Shown here: positions 29,136 through 38,603 of the stretch, piece by piece | Numbering within the stretch: position 1 is the first letter of the stretch | How the letters are laid out: the number at the start of each line of letters is the position of its first letter | Assembly (NCBI GenBank): GCA_934747965.1 | Contig: CAKVHI010000006.1 | Coordinates: 14,162-78,161 of the forward strand | Source: an uncultured Clostridia bacterium | GTDB taxonomy: Bacteria > Bacillota > Clostridia > Christensenellales > UBA1242 | DNA: 64,000 nt | Direction of reading: 5' to 3' | Position numbers and translations under genes: made by a program | The notes under the pieces: generated by a model | Told to the model about the DNA's origin: nothing | Database searches by the model: none | The model's input: the letters and a program-made list of their open reading frames with translations, nothing else

Positions 29136-29945
29136 ATGAAAAAAAATAATTATGATGCCTATGCAAAATATAGATATAATTATAAACCGCAAAAATATAG
29201 CAAAAAAGGTAACAAAGTTTTTGCAATTTTGTTTGTGCTTTTATGTGTTTCTGTTGTTATTTTTTTCTCTATTAGTTTTTCAAATTTTTTGGTGGTAGGA
29301 AAAGTTGTCAACATAAATTCATCCTATTTGCTAGACACAAAAACTCTTTATGCTTTAAGTTTAGATAGTGTGAATAGTTTGGAAGATGCAAATAAAAAAA
29401 GCCTAGAGCAACAAAAGCAAGGCGGGGCAGGGTTTGTTTATGCAGTAAGTAACAGTTACTATCTTGTAAGTTCAATTTATGCTTCGCAAAAAGATGCTCA
29501 AAAGGTCTTAGAAAACCTAAAATCTTCTAACATTTTTGCCAAAGTAATAAAAATAAATCTTCCAGCAATAAATTTGAAAGTTAGTTTAAACTCTAATTCA
29601 ACAAAAATATTGTCTGACGGATTAAACTTATTTTATCAGAATTATCAGTCTTTATATAACTATTCACTAGATTTTGATAAACAAAATATAGATTTAATAA
29701 AATTAAAAAGTTTAATAAAGGACCGACAAAACCAAAATTTAAAGATTATAAATGAATTTTCAAGCCATTTTGAAAAAAGTTCAAATATCGCAATTTTATA
29801 CACAAAAATATATTTGAATAAACTAAATCAAAGCCTTGAAAATTTACAACTTCAAGATGAAAGCGTAAATTTATCAAGTCAAATTAAGCAAACTTATTGC
29901 AAAATAATAAATGAATACTTAAATTTGTGCAAAGAGATAAACTAA
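29136..29945 (+). CDS. Membrane-anchored protein with a possible SPOR-like domain
   Basis: One N-terminal TM helix (VFAILFVLLCVSVVIFFSI). GGAGFVYAVSNSYYLVSSIYASQKDAQKVLENLK resembles a SPOR repeat. Confidence 0.45.
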   Translation: MKKNNYDAYAKYRYNYKPQKYSKKGNKVFAILFVLLCVSVVIFFSISFSNFLVVGKVVNINSSYLLDTKTLYALSLDSVNSLEDANKKSLEQQKQGGAGFVYAVSNSYYLVSSIYASQKDAQKVLENLKSSNIFAKVIKINLPAINLKVSLNSNSTKILSDGLNLFYQNYQSLYNYSLDFDKQNIDLIKLKSLIKDRQNQNLKIINEFSSHFEKSSNIAILYTKIYLNKLNQSLENLQLQDESVNLSSQIKQTYCKIINEYLNLCKEIN

Positions 29946-30113
29946 TTATAGCCAAATTGTTTATTAGAATAATGTTAAATTATATGAAATGTAATGTTCT
30001 TGAAGATAAAAATTAGTGTTTTAAAAACTATTTCATAAAATAAAAAGAATAATAATTTAAATTTCATTTTAAAAAATTTTTATTCTTTTTTTGTTTTGTG
30101 TTATAATAATTAC

Positions 30114-32075
30114 ATGGATTATTCGCATAAATTTGAAGTGGTCAGCAAGTTTATTCCAAGTGGCGACCAACCCAAAGCAATAGAAAGTTTATCTCAAGGC
30201 ATTTTAGACGGTCTTAAAAGTCAAGTTTTGGTGGGAGTTACAGGAAGTGGTAAGACTTACACAATGGCAAAAGTTATTGAAAAACTAAACCGACCAGTTT
30301 TGGTGCTTGCTCATAACAAAACATTGGCAGCGCAACTTTGCAATGAATTTAGGGAGTTTTTTCCAAACAATAGAGTAGAGTTTTTTGTTTCTTATTATGA
30401 TTACTATCAACCTGAAGCATACATTGTTTCTAGCGACACATATATAGAAAAAGATATGAGCATAAATGACGATATAGACAAACTTCGTCATAGTGCCACC
30501 TGTTCGCTTTTAGAGCGTAATGACACAATCGTTGTGGCATCTGTGTCGTGCATATATGGTCTTGGGAGCCCCGAGGAATATTCAGGACTTCAAATTTCGC
30601 TACGCCCGGGCGATAAAATTGAACGAGATGAAGTAATTTCTAGGCTTGTGAACATTCAGTATGAAAGAAATGACATAGATTTTAAACGCGCCACTTTCAG
30701 AGTTAGGGGGGATATTGTTGAAGTTATCCCGGCTTATTCTAGTGTAACCGCCTACAGAATTGAATTTTTTGGCGATGAAATTGATAAATTAAGTGAAATT
30801 GACATAGTATCAGGGAAAGTTATATGTGTGCTTTCACATATTGCCATATATCCCGCAAGCCATTATGCGGTTGGAAGCGAAAAACTTTTGAATGTTTTAA
30901 AGATAATTGAAAAAGACGCTGAAATTGAAGTTGAAGAAATGCGAAACAAGGGCAAACTTTTAGAGGCGGAAAGATTAAAACAACGCACAAGTTATGACAT
31001 TGAAATGATGAGAGAAATGGGTTATTGCAATGGAATTGAAAACTATTCTCGATATTTTGACGGAAGAAGTGTTGGAGAACCCCCATTTACTCTTTTAGAC
31101 TATTTTAATAAAAATTTTGTTTTGTTTGTTGATGAAAGCCACATAACCATTCCGCAAATTCGGGCAATGTATAACGGAGATAGAAGCCGAAAGGTTAATC
31201 TTGTTGATTACGGATTTAGGCTAAAATCGAGTTTTGATAATCGTCCTCTTACATTTGATGAGTTTAATGAAAAATTAGGACAAGTTATTTATGTTTCAGC
31301 AACACCAAATGAATATGAACTTAAAAAAGCCGATAATGTTGTTGAACAAATAATCAGGCCAACAGGATTGTTAGACCCTCAAGTTGAAGTAAGAAAAATT
31401 GAAGGTCAGATTGATGACCTTATTTCAGAAATTCATAAAACAATAATCAAAGGTGGGCGGATTTTGGTTACGACTTTAACCAAAAAAATGAGTGAATCTT
31501 TAACAAACTATTTGATAGATTATGGAATTAAAGTTAAATATCTTCACAGTGAAATAGACACGCTTGAACGAATTGATATAATAAATTCTCTTCGAGAAGG
31601 TGAAATTGATGTTGTTGTGGGAATTAATCTGTTGAGAGAAGGCTTAGATATTCCTGAAGTTATGCTTGTTTGTATTTTAGATGCCGATAAAGAAGGCTTT
31701 TTGCGAAGTGAAACTTCTCTTATCCAAACTATTGGCCGTGCTGCCAGAAATAGTGAAGCAAAAGTTATTATGTATGCCGATTGCATCACAAAAAGCATGA
31801 AAAGGGCCATTGATGAAACTAACAGGCGTAGGCAAATTCAAATGGAATATAATAAAGAGCATAATATTGTTCCAAAAACTATCAAAAAAGAAATTAAAAA
31901 TACTCTTGATATTGGAAAGAAAGTTGACGGAGAGCGACAAAAAATTGATGTTAAAGACATTCCAAAGCAAATTGAACTTTTGAAAGGTTTGATGAATGAG
32001 GCAAGCAAAAACCTTGATTTTGAAAAAGCAATTTTGCTTAGAGAACAAATTAAAGAACTTAAAAAGTTGATTTAA
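30114..32075 (+). CDS. uvrB: Excinuclease ABC subunit B
   Basis: [17 protein letters not shown], Walker [13 protein letters not shown], and a C-terminal UVR domain ([17 protein letters not shown]). ATG 30114 sits 6 nt after TGtTATAAT. Confidence 0.97.
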   Translation: MDYSHKFEVVSKFIPSGDQPKAIESLSQGILDGLKSQVLVGVTGSGKTYTMAKVIEKLNRPVLVLAHNKTLAAQLCNEFREFFPNNRVEFFVSYYDYYQPEAYIVSSDTYIEKDMSINDDIDKLRHSATCSLLERNDTIVVASVSCIYGLGSPEEYSGLQISLRPGDKIERDEVISRLVNIQYERNDIDFKRATFRVRGDIVEVIPAYSSVTAYRIEFFGDEIDKLSEIDIVSGKVICVLSHIAIYPASHYAVGSEKLLNVLKIIEKDAEIEVEEMRNKGKLLEAERLKQRTSYDIEMMREMGYCNGIENYSRYFDGRSVGEPPFTLLDYFNKNFVLFVDESHITIPQIRAMYNGDRSRKVNLVDYGFRLKSSFDNRPLTFDEFNEKLGQVIYVSATPNEYELKKADNVVEQIIRPTGLLDPQVEVRKIEGQIDDLISEIHKTIIKGGRILVTTLTKKMSESLTNYLIDYGIKVKYLHSEIDTLERIDIINSLREGEIDVVVGINLLREGLDIPEVMLVCILDADKEGFLRSETSLIQTIGRAARNSEAKVIMYADCITKSMKRAIDETNRRRQIQMEYNKEHNIVPKTIKKEIKNTLDIGKKVDGERQKIDVKDIPKQIELLKGLMNEASKNLDFEKAILLREQIKELKKLI

Positions 32076-32089
32076 ATTATCAGTGTTGC

Positions 32090-32201
32090 GTGGCTTGGGC
32101 TTTAAGGCATAAAATTTAACGCATTTCATGCGTTAAATTTGGCTTTCACTTTGTGAAAGTAACTTTGCAAAGCAAAGTATGCCTTAAAGCCCAAAAACCA
32201 C
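32090..32201. repeat. Nested perfect palindromes forming a four-way junction (outer stem plus three hairpins) in the uvrB-uvrA spacer
   Basis: Outer stem GGGCTTTAAGGCAT (32097-110) pairs with ATGCCTTAAAGCCC (32179-192) and extends to GTGG/CCAC. HP1 is AAATTTAACGCAT-ttc-ATGCGTTAAATTT (32112-140). HP2 is CTTTCAC-ttt-GTGAAAG (32143-159). HP3 is ACTTTGC-aaa-GCAAAGT (32162-178). Confidence 0.9.
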
Positions 32202-32215
32202 AAAAGGATATAAAA

Positions 32216-35047
32216 ATGGAAGAATTTATAAAAATAAAAGGCGCAAAAGAAAATAACTTGCAAAACATAGATTTAACTCTTCCCAGAAACAAACTTATTG
32301 TTTTTACAGGGGTAAGTGGAAGTGGAAAAAGCACTCTTGCTTTTGACACAATTTTTGCCGAGGGGCAACGCAAATTTATGGAAAGTTTGTCAAGTTATGC
32401 TCGAATGTTTTTGGGTCAGATGCAAAAACCAAATGTTGATTCGATTGAAGGGTTATCTCCAGCAATCTCTATAGACCAGAAAAGCACATCGCAAAATCCA
32501 AGGTCAACGGTTGGCACGGTTACAGAAATTTATGATTATTTAAGACTTTTGTATGCAAATATTGGTATACCTTTTTGTCCTAATTGCCATAAGCCAATCA
32601 AAAAACAAACAGTAGATCAGATTGTCGACAAAGTTAAGGAACTTGGGCTTGGCGAAAAAATATTGATTGAATCTCCAATTATCAGTGGTGAAAAAGGCAC
32701 TCATGCAAAAACGCTTGAAAGTTTGAATAAAAGTGGATTTATTCGTGTTAAAATTGATGGAAATATTTATACTCTCGATGAAGAAATAAGTTTAGACAAA
32801 AACATAAAACATACGATAAATGTAGTTATAGACAGAATTATCATCAAGGAAGATAATTTGGGAAGAATAGAAGAATCTATTGAAAACGCAATTAAGCTTT
32901 CAAAAGGCAAAGTTATAATCACTCATAATGAAATTGAGATGTTATACTCAACAAATTTTGCTTGTCCAGAATGTGGGTATAGTTATTCAGAAATATCGCC
33001 AAGATTATTTAGTTTTAATAATCCATTTGGGGCTTGCAAACATTGCTTAGGTCTTGGTTTTAAACAACAAATTAGTGAAGACTTAATTTTGTCTAAGCCT
33101 AATTTAACCTTAAATGAAGGCGGACTTACAATTTCAGGTTGGAACATGGATGCAGGCTCGATTTCATTTTCTCAATTCAAAGCACTTTCAAAAAAATATG
33201 GTTTCAGTATGGATGTTCCCGTAAAAGACTTACCAAAAGATGTTATAAAACTTTTGCTTTATGGAACGAACGATGAAATAGAAGTTAACTATAAATCAAG
33301 CAAGTGGGAAACAACTTACAAAACAAAATTTGAAGGAATCATCCCCAATTTGGAAAGGCGTTTTAGGGAAACGACAAGTGATTATATAAAAGGTGAAATC
33401 TCAAAATATATGGTGCAAACCCCTTGCCCAGAATGTAAGGGTAAAAGACTTAATAAAGAAGCCTTGAATGTTTTTATCAACAACAAAAATATTGATGATT
33501 TTTGCAGTTTGAGTGTTGAAGATGCTCTTAAGTTTTTAGATGATTTAAAGTTGAATGAAAGTGAAAAAATAATAAGTGAAAGCATTTTGAAAGAAGTTAG
33601 GGCAAGATTAAACTTCTTGAAGAATGTTGGACTTAACTATTTAACTTTGTCGCGTGCTTCAAACACTTTAAGCGGGGGCGAAAGTCAACGAATAAGACTT
33701 GCTACGCAAATAGGCAGTGGTCTTGTTGGTGTTTTATATATTTTGGATGAGCCTTCGATAGGGCTTCATCAAAAAGACAACGATAAACTTATTCAAACAT
33801 TAAAAAATTTAAGAGATTTAGGAAATACAGTTATTGTTGTTGAACATGATGAGGACACAATTAAAAGTGCTGACTACATTGTTGATATTGGACCTCTAGC
33901 CGGAAGCCATGGCGGACGCGTTGTGGCACAAGGGACCTTAGAAGAAGTTTTAAAAAGTAAAGATAGCATAACAGCAAAGTTTTTGCGAGGGGAAGAAAAA
34001 ATTGAAGTCCCAAAAATAAGGCGTAAAGCAAACAAAGGTTACATTGAGATTAAAGGAGCAAATCAAAATAATCTTAAAAACATAAATGTTAAGTTTCCAC
34101 TTGGCGTTTTGACCGTTGTTACTGGGGTAAGCGGAAGTGGTAAGAGTACCTTAGTTAATCAAACCTTGTTTCCAAATGCTTATAAATTAACAAATAATAA
34201 AAATTCTTTAAGTCCTATTGGTTGCAAATCAGTTGAAGGTATTAATGACAACACTATAGATAAAGTTATCAACATAGACCAATCACCAATCGGCAGAACT
34301 CCTCGAAGCAATCCGGCAACATACACGGGTTTATTCACTTTAATTCGTGAACTTTACAGTCAAACTGAATTGAGCAAAATGAGAGGATACACGGCTGGAA
34401 GATTTAGTTTTAATATTCCGGGTGGAAGATGTGAAGCGTGCAGTGGAGATGGAATTAAAAAAATTGAAATGTACTTTTTGCCAGATGTTTATGTGCCTTG
34501 CGAAGTTTGCGGTGGCAAAAGATATAACAGGGAAACTTTAGAAGTTAAATACAAAGGCAAGTCTATCAGCGATGTTTTGGACATGACTATTGAACAGGCC
34601 TTAATCTTTTTTGAAAATTTCCCACAACTAAAAACGAAACTACAAACACTTTATGATGTAGGTCTTGGATATATCAAACTTGGTCAAAGTGCAACAACTT
34701 TAAGTGGTGGGGAAGCACAAAGGGTTAAACTTGCAACTGAACTTTGTCGAAAGTCGACAGGAAGAACCTTATATATTTTGGATGAACCAACAACTGGGCT
34801 TCATATGTATGATGTAAAAAAACTTTCACAAATCTTACAGCGTCTAGTTGAAGGCGGAAATACTTGTATTGTTATTGAGCATAATCTTGATATTATCAAG
34901 ACTGCCGACTATATCATAGATATGGGCCCTGATGGCGGTAAAAACGGCGGACAGGTTATTGCTAAAGGCACTCCAGAAGAAATTATTAAATGTGAAAAAA
35001 GTTACACAGGTCAGTATCTTAAAAATTTGTTACAACCAAAAAACTAA
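32216..35047 (+). CDS. uvrA: Excinuclease ABC subunit A
   Basis: Two ABC modules (GVSGSGKSTLAFDTI; GVSGSGKSTLVNQTL; LSGGESQR; LSGGEAQR) and zinc-finger CxxC pairs. ATG 32216 chosen; the track's start at 32153 lies inside the palindromic element. Confidence 0.97.
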   Translation: MEEFIKIKGAKENNLQNIDLTLPRNKLIVFTGVSGSGKSTLAFDTIFAEGQRKFMESLSSYARMFLGQMQKPNVDSIEGLSPAISIDQKSTSQNPRSTVGTVTEIYDYLRLLYANIGIPFCPNCHKPIKKQTVDQIVDKVKELGLGEKILIESPIISGEKGTHAKTLESLNKSGFIRVKIDGNIYTLDEEISLDKNIKHTINVVIDRIIIKEDNLGRIEESIENAIKLSKGKVIITHNEIEMLYSTNFACPECGYSYSEISPRLFSFNNPFGACKHCLGLGFKQQISEDLILSKPNLTLNEGGLTISGWNMDAGSISFSQFKALSKKYGFSMDVPVKDLPKDVIKLLLYGTNDEIEVNYKSSKWETTYKTKFEGIIPNLERRFRETTSDYIKGEISKYMVQTPCPECKGKRLNKEALNVFINNKNIDDFCSLSVEDALKFLDDLKLNESEKIISESILKEVRARLNFLKNVGLNYLTLSRASNTLSGGESQRIRLATQIGSGLVGVLYILDEPSIGLHQKDNDKLIQTLKNLRDLGNTVIVVEHDEDTIKSADYIVDIGPLAGSHGGRVVAQGTLEEVLKSKDSITAKFLRGEEKIEVPKIRRKANKGYIEIKGANQNNLKNINVKFPLGVLTVVTGVSGSGKSTLVNQTLFPNAYKLTNNKNSLSPIGCKSVEGINDNTIDKVINIDQSPIGRTPRSNPATYTGLFTLIRELYSQTELSKMRGYTAGRFSFNIPGGRCEACSGDGIKKIEMYFLPDVYVPCEVCGGKRYNRETLEVKYKGKSISDVLDMTIEQALIFFENFPQLKTKLQTLYDVGLGYIKLGQSATTLSGGEAQRVKLATELCRKSTGRTLYILDEPTTGLHMYDVKKLSQILQRLVEGGNTCIVIEHNLDIIKTADYIIDMGPDGGKNGGQVIAKGTPEEIIKCEKSYTGQYLKNLLQPKN

Positions 35048-35156
35048 TAAAAAATTAATAATTTGTCATAATTTGTAAAATAATGTTAAATTTTAAACAA
35101 AAATTAAGTTATTATTTAATAATTATAAAAATTTATAAAAATTTTTGAAAAACCTA

Positions 35157-35268
35157 TTGACAACATTGATTTTGCATGGTATTATATCGTTACCATTTAA
35201 GAAGAAATCAAAAACTTTTTAAATTTAATAATTTTTTATTGAAACTCACACCATCAGGTGTGTTTTTT
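35157..35268 (+). ncRNA. Candidate roughly 75-nt transcription unit (promoter plus intrinsic terminator) upstream of cysS; possible sRNA or attenuating leader
   Basis: TTGACA (35157-62), 17 nt with TGg, then TATTAT (35180-85). About 60 nt downstream lies CACACC-atca-GGTGTG plus T6 (35247-35268). No start codon or ORF lies within it. Confidence 0.35.
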
Positions 35269-35338
35269 ATTTTAACAAGAATTTATTTGTTACAATTTGT
35301 TTTTAAGTTTCATAATAATTATAAATGTTACTATTTAT

Positions 35339-35367
35339 TTGACAAATTTGATAAAATTTTTTATTAT
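35339..35367 (+). promoter_or_regulatory. Proximal cysS promoter
   Basis: TTGACA (35339-44), 17 nt, then TATTAT (35362-67), followed by SD AGGAG. Confidence 0.6.
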
Positions 35368-35382
35368 TAATTAGGAGTTTTT

Positions 35383-36774
35383 ATGAAAATTTATAATAGT
35401 TTAACAAGACAAAAAGAAGAATTTAAACCACTAGAAGATGGAAAAGTTAAAATGTATGCTTGCGGAATTACCGTAAGTGGCAAGGCACATATTGGTCATG
35501 CAATTCAAGCAATGGTCTTTGATATTATTCGCAAATATCTTGAAAAAAAAGGTTATGATGTTGTTTATGCAAGAAATTACACCGATGTTGATGATAAAAT
35601 AATTTTGAATGCTCAAAAACTTGGTGTTGATGCTCTTCAATTTGCAAAAACAAATATGCAAGCAATAGATAAGTCTATGAAAAACCTTGCAGTTGACAAG
35701 CCAACACTAGAATTAAAGGCAACTGAAACTATCCCACAAATTATTGAATTTATTGGCAAATTAATTGAAAAAGGATATGCATATTCAACTCCTGAAGGTG
35801 ATGTTTACTATGATGTAAAAAAATTTGCTGAGTATGGAAAGTTAAGCCACAGAAATTTGGAGGATACTTTAGATGGCGTTAGAAAAGAAAATTTAGAAAA
35901 CAAGCATAGCCCGCTTGATTTTGCTTTATGGAAAAGTGCCAAACCTAATGAAATTTTTTGGGAGAGCCCTTGGGGTAAAGGTAGACCGGGTTGGCATATT
36001 GAGTGTAGTGCAATGAATTATTACAATCTTGGCGAGCAGATTGACATTCATGGTGGCGGAAGAGATTTGTTGTTTCCTCATCATGAAAATGAAATTGCTC
36101 AAACAGAAGCATTAACGGGCAAACAATTTGCAAAATATTGGATTCATAATGGTCTTGTTAAAATCAATGGTCAAAAGATGAGTAAATCACTCAACAACAG
36201 CATATTTTTGGATGATTTGTTAGAAAAATATAATAATGAAGTTATTAGATTTGCCTTGCTACAAACAAATTATAAAAACGATATTAATATCGTTGACGGT
36301 TTGTTTGATGAAGCCGAAAAACAACTTACGAATTTTTATCAGATAATTTTTAATGTAGAAAGTAAATTTAAGTCAAACAATCTAAATATGAAAATAGATG
36401 AAGATTTTAATAACTCAATGGACGATGACTTTAACACATCAAAAGCAATTTCAAATTTGTTTGGATATTTTAAGACAATAAATAGTAAATTAAAGTCTAA
36501 TAACGAATCATGCATTGAAGATGTAAATGCGATTAAACAAACTTATAGTTTGCTAGGTTTGTTTAAATGTGATGCTAAAAAATTTTTGGATGAAGTTAAA
36601 AACAAAAAATTATCAAGCAACATTCCACAACAAGTTTTGGACCTTGCACAACTAAGATGGCTTGCAAAACAATCAAAAGATTTTGCAAAAGCCGATGAAT
36701 ATCGAAATCAAATAACAAATTTAGGATACACAATTAAAGACAATAAAGAAGGATATGAAATTGTTAAAAATTAA
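35383..36774 (+). CDS. cysS: Cysteinyl-tRNA synthetase
   Basis: Class I signatures HIGHA and KMSKS, plus the CGITVSGKAHIGH context. Confidence 0.95.
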   Translation: MKIYNSLTRQKEEFKPLEDGKVKMYACGITVSGKAHIGHAIQAMVFDIIRKYLEKKGYDVVYARNYTDVDDKIILNAQKLGVDALQFAKTNMQAIDKSMKNLAVDKPTLELKATETIPQIIEFIGKLIEKGYAYSTPEGDVYYDVKKFAEYGKLSHRNLEDTLDGVRKENLENKHSPLDFALWKSAKPNEIFWESPWGKGRPGWHIECSAMNYYNLGEQIDIHGGGRDLLFPHHENEIAQTEALTGKQFAKYWIHNGLVKINGQKMSKSLNNSIFLDDLLEKYNNEVIRFALLQTNYKNDINIVDGLFDEAEKQLTNFYQIIFNVESKFKSNNLNMKIDEDFNNSMDDDFNTSKAISNLFGYFKTINSKLKSNNESCIEDVNAIKQTYSLLGLFKCDAKKFLDEVKNKKLSSNIPQQVLDLAQLRWLAKQSKDFAKADEYRNQITNLGYTIKDNKEGYEIVKN

Positions 36775-36803
36775 CTTAAAAAAACTATATCAAAAAATTA
36801 ACA

Positions 36804-36879
36804 ATGCAACCAAATTCGGTTAATGTCCGAATTTGGTTGCATATTTTTAAAACGAACCACAACTTTTGTGGTTTTTTTT
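36804..36879 (+). terminator. Tandem terminators after cysS
   Basis: A perfect 16-bp hairpin ATGCAACCAAATTCGG-ttaatgt-CCGAATTTGGTTGCAT (36804-42) plus ATTTTT. It is followed by AACCACAA-ctt-TTGTGGTT plus T8 (36855-79). Confidence 0.8.
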
Positions 36880-36950
36880 CATTAAAAATTAAACAGATTT
36901 TTTGTAACAAAAGTTGTTTAAAAAATTTTTAAATGTAAATTATTTAATGT

Positions 36951-37670
36951 ATGTTTACATTAATTGCAAGATGTGTGATAATTTATTTAATTGTTTTGTG
37001 TGTTTTCAGACTTATGGGTAAGCGTCAACTTGGAGAACTTCAACCATTTGAATTTGTCATAACCTTGATTGTCGCAGATTTGGCGACACTTCCTATGGCA
37101 GACACGGCAATTCCATTAATTCATGGAATTGTTCCATTAATTACGCTTTTGTTGATACATTTTGGTATTTCAGTTTTAATTCAAAAAAGTCTGTTTTTTC
37201 GAAAAGTTATAAGCGGTAAACCTGTTATAATTATTTCTCCAAAAGGTATAGATTATGAAAATCTAAAAAAATTAAACTTAAACCTTAACGATGTTCAAGA
37301 AAGTTTAAGAAATTTGAATTTCTTTAATTTTGAAGATATTGAATATGCAATCGTTGAAACCAATGGTAAAATTACTGTAATTCCAAAAGTTGCATCAACT
37401 CCTGTTACATGTGAAGATTTGCAAATAAACAAGCCTGAAAACAGGTTAATCACAATGCTTATTTCGGATGGAAAACTTGTTAAAGAAAACTTGGAATTAT
37501 GCGGAGTGGATGAAAACTTTATTTTGAGAAATATCAAAAGAGCAGGAGAAAGTAAAATTAAAAATATTTTAATTTTTACACTAGACAATGATGGTAATAT
37601 GTATATACAGCCAAAAAATAAGCAATATGTAACATTAAAAACAACTTTTGAAGGTGGTAATAACTGGTGA
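36951..37670 (+). CDS. DUF421 (YetF-like) membrane protein
   Basis: N-terminal IIYLIVLCVFRLMGKRQLGELQPFEFVITLIVADLA is typical of the YetF/DUF421 family. Confidence 0.7.
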   Translation: MFTLIARCVIIYLIVLCVFRLMGKRQLGELQPFEFVITLIVADLATLPMADTAIPLIHGIVPLITLLLIHFGISVLIQKSLFFRKVISGKPVIIISPKGIDYENLKKLNLNLNDVQESLRNLNFFNFEDIEYAIVETNGKITVIPKVASTPVTCEDLQINKPENRLITMLISDGKLVKENLELCGVDENFILRNIKRAGESKIKNILIFTLDNDGNMYIQPKNKQYVTLKTTFEGGNNW

Positions 37671-38056
37671 AGCGCGGTTTTGTAATAATATCTATTTTTT
37701 TGATTTTGATAGGTTTATGTGTGTGGGAAGATGTTTATTTAAGCTCGAATTTAAAACTACTGAATGAAAAAGCCACAGAACTTGCTCAAATTGTTAGAAA
37801 TTCTGAGGATGTAAATACGGAAGAAGTAAAAAACAAAATTAAAGAACTAGATGACTTTTGGGTAAAAACTGAAAATCGTTTTTGCCTTGTGGTTAATCAT
37901 ATAAACATGGAAGAAGCAGGCGAGCAAATTACAAAAATAAAAACATTTTCTGAACTTAACAAAAAAGAAGAACTTTTGGTCGAGATAGATTTGTTAGTTT
38001 ATTTTTCTGAAAGTTATGAGCATATTATTGTTCCACACATCCAAAATATTTTGTAA
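37667..38056 (+). CDS. DUF4363-like small membrane protein
   Basis: The GTG start overlaps the upstream stop (GTGA). One N-terminal TM helix. Commonly paired with DUF421 in spore formers. Confidence 0.55.
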   Translation: MKRGFVIISIFLILIGLCVWEDVYLSSNLKLLNEKATELAQIVRNSEDVNTEEVKNKIKELDDFWVKTENRFCLVVNHINMEEAGEQITKIKTFSELNKKEELLVEIDLLVYFSESYEHIIVPHIQNIL

Positions 38057-38106
38057 GTATTCTATTATTAAAGGTATAAAAAAAGTTTAAAAAATTAGTA
38101 TAAAAA

Positions 38107-38136
38107 AAGAACACAAATTTATAGTGTGTTCTTTTT
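38107..38136. terminator. Bidirectional intrinsic terminator
   Basis: AAGAACACA-aatttatag-TGTGTTCTT flanked by an A-run and a T-run. Confidence 0.75.
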
Positions 38137-38151
38137 TGTTAGATATTAAAA

Positions 38152-38538
38152 CTAGAACAAATTTTCATCCTTAGAAACTTTTTTGTTTGACTTTGCTTTA
38201 TATTTTTTTTCTGTTTCTACAGTTATAAAATCAGAGTAATCTTTTGAGTATTTTGGAAAAAATTTTGACATAATTTTTCGATATTTAACAGACAAATCTT
38301 TTCCGAAATCATCAAATGCTTCAAATTCTTTTAAAGTTATTGCAGAAAAATTAATAGCATTTTTTTGAAATGAAAAATTATTGTCCTCTCTCCAAATAAT
38401 AATAAATCTATTTTTTCTGTCGACAAAAGTTTTTGCAGTAACATTCATTGGCTCTAAGCCCAAAATTGTGGCAATTTCAACTAATTTTTTGTTTGAAAAT
38501 TTTTTTAATCTGTTGATGTATTGATTTCTTTTATACAT
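38152..38538 (-). CDS. Hypothetical protein (128 aa)
   Basis: ORF sitting between a terminator and the upstream flippase gene. No motif recognised. Confidence 0.45.
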   Translation of the reverse strand: MYKRNQYINRLKKFSNKKLVEIATILGLEPMNVTAKTFVDRKNRFIIIWREDNNFSFQKNAINFSAITLKEFEAFDDFGKDLSVKYRKIMSKFFPKYSKDYSDFITVETEKKYKAKSNKKVSKDENLF

Positions 38539-38603
38539 ATTTCACCTAAAAAATATTATATAAACTTTTAATATATCTGTCAATAGTCAAAATAAATATT
38601 TTT

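Noticed and set aside
31677-32373. Minus-strand ORFs 31677..32129 (150 aa) and 32146..32373, and the upstream-extended uvrA start at 32153
   Set aside because: They are antisense to uvrB and uvrA, or they run through the palindromic spacer. The uvrA N-terminus aligns from MEEFIKIKGAKENNL (ATG 32216), which has an upstream purine-rich RBS.
35176-35370. 64-aa ORF upstream of cysS
   Set aside because: It starts inside the -10 region of the upstream promoter and runs through an intrinsic terminator and the second promoter. It has no RBS, and the region is better explained as non-coding.
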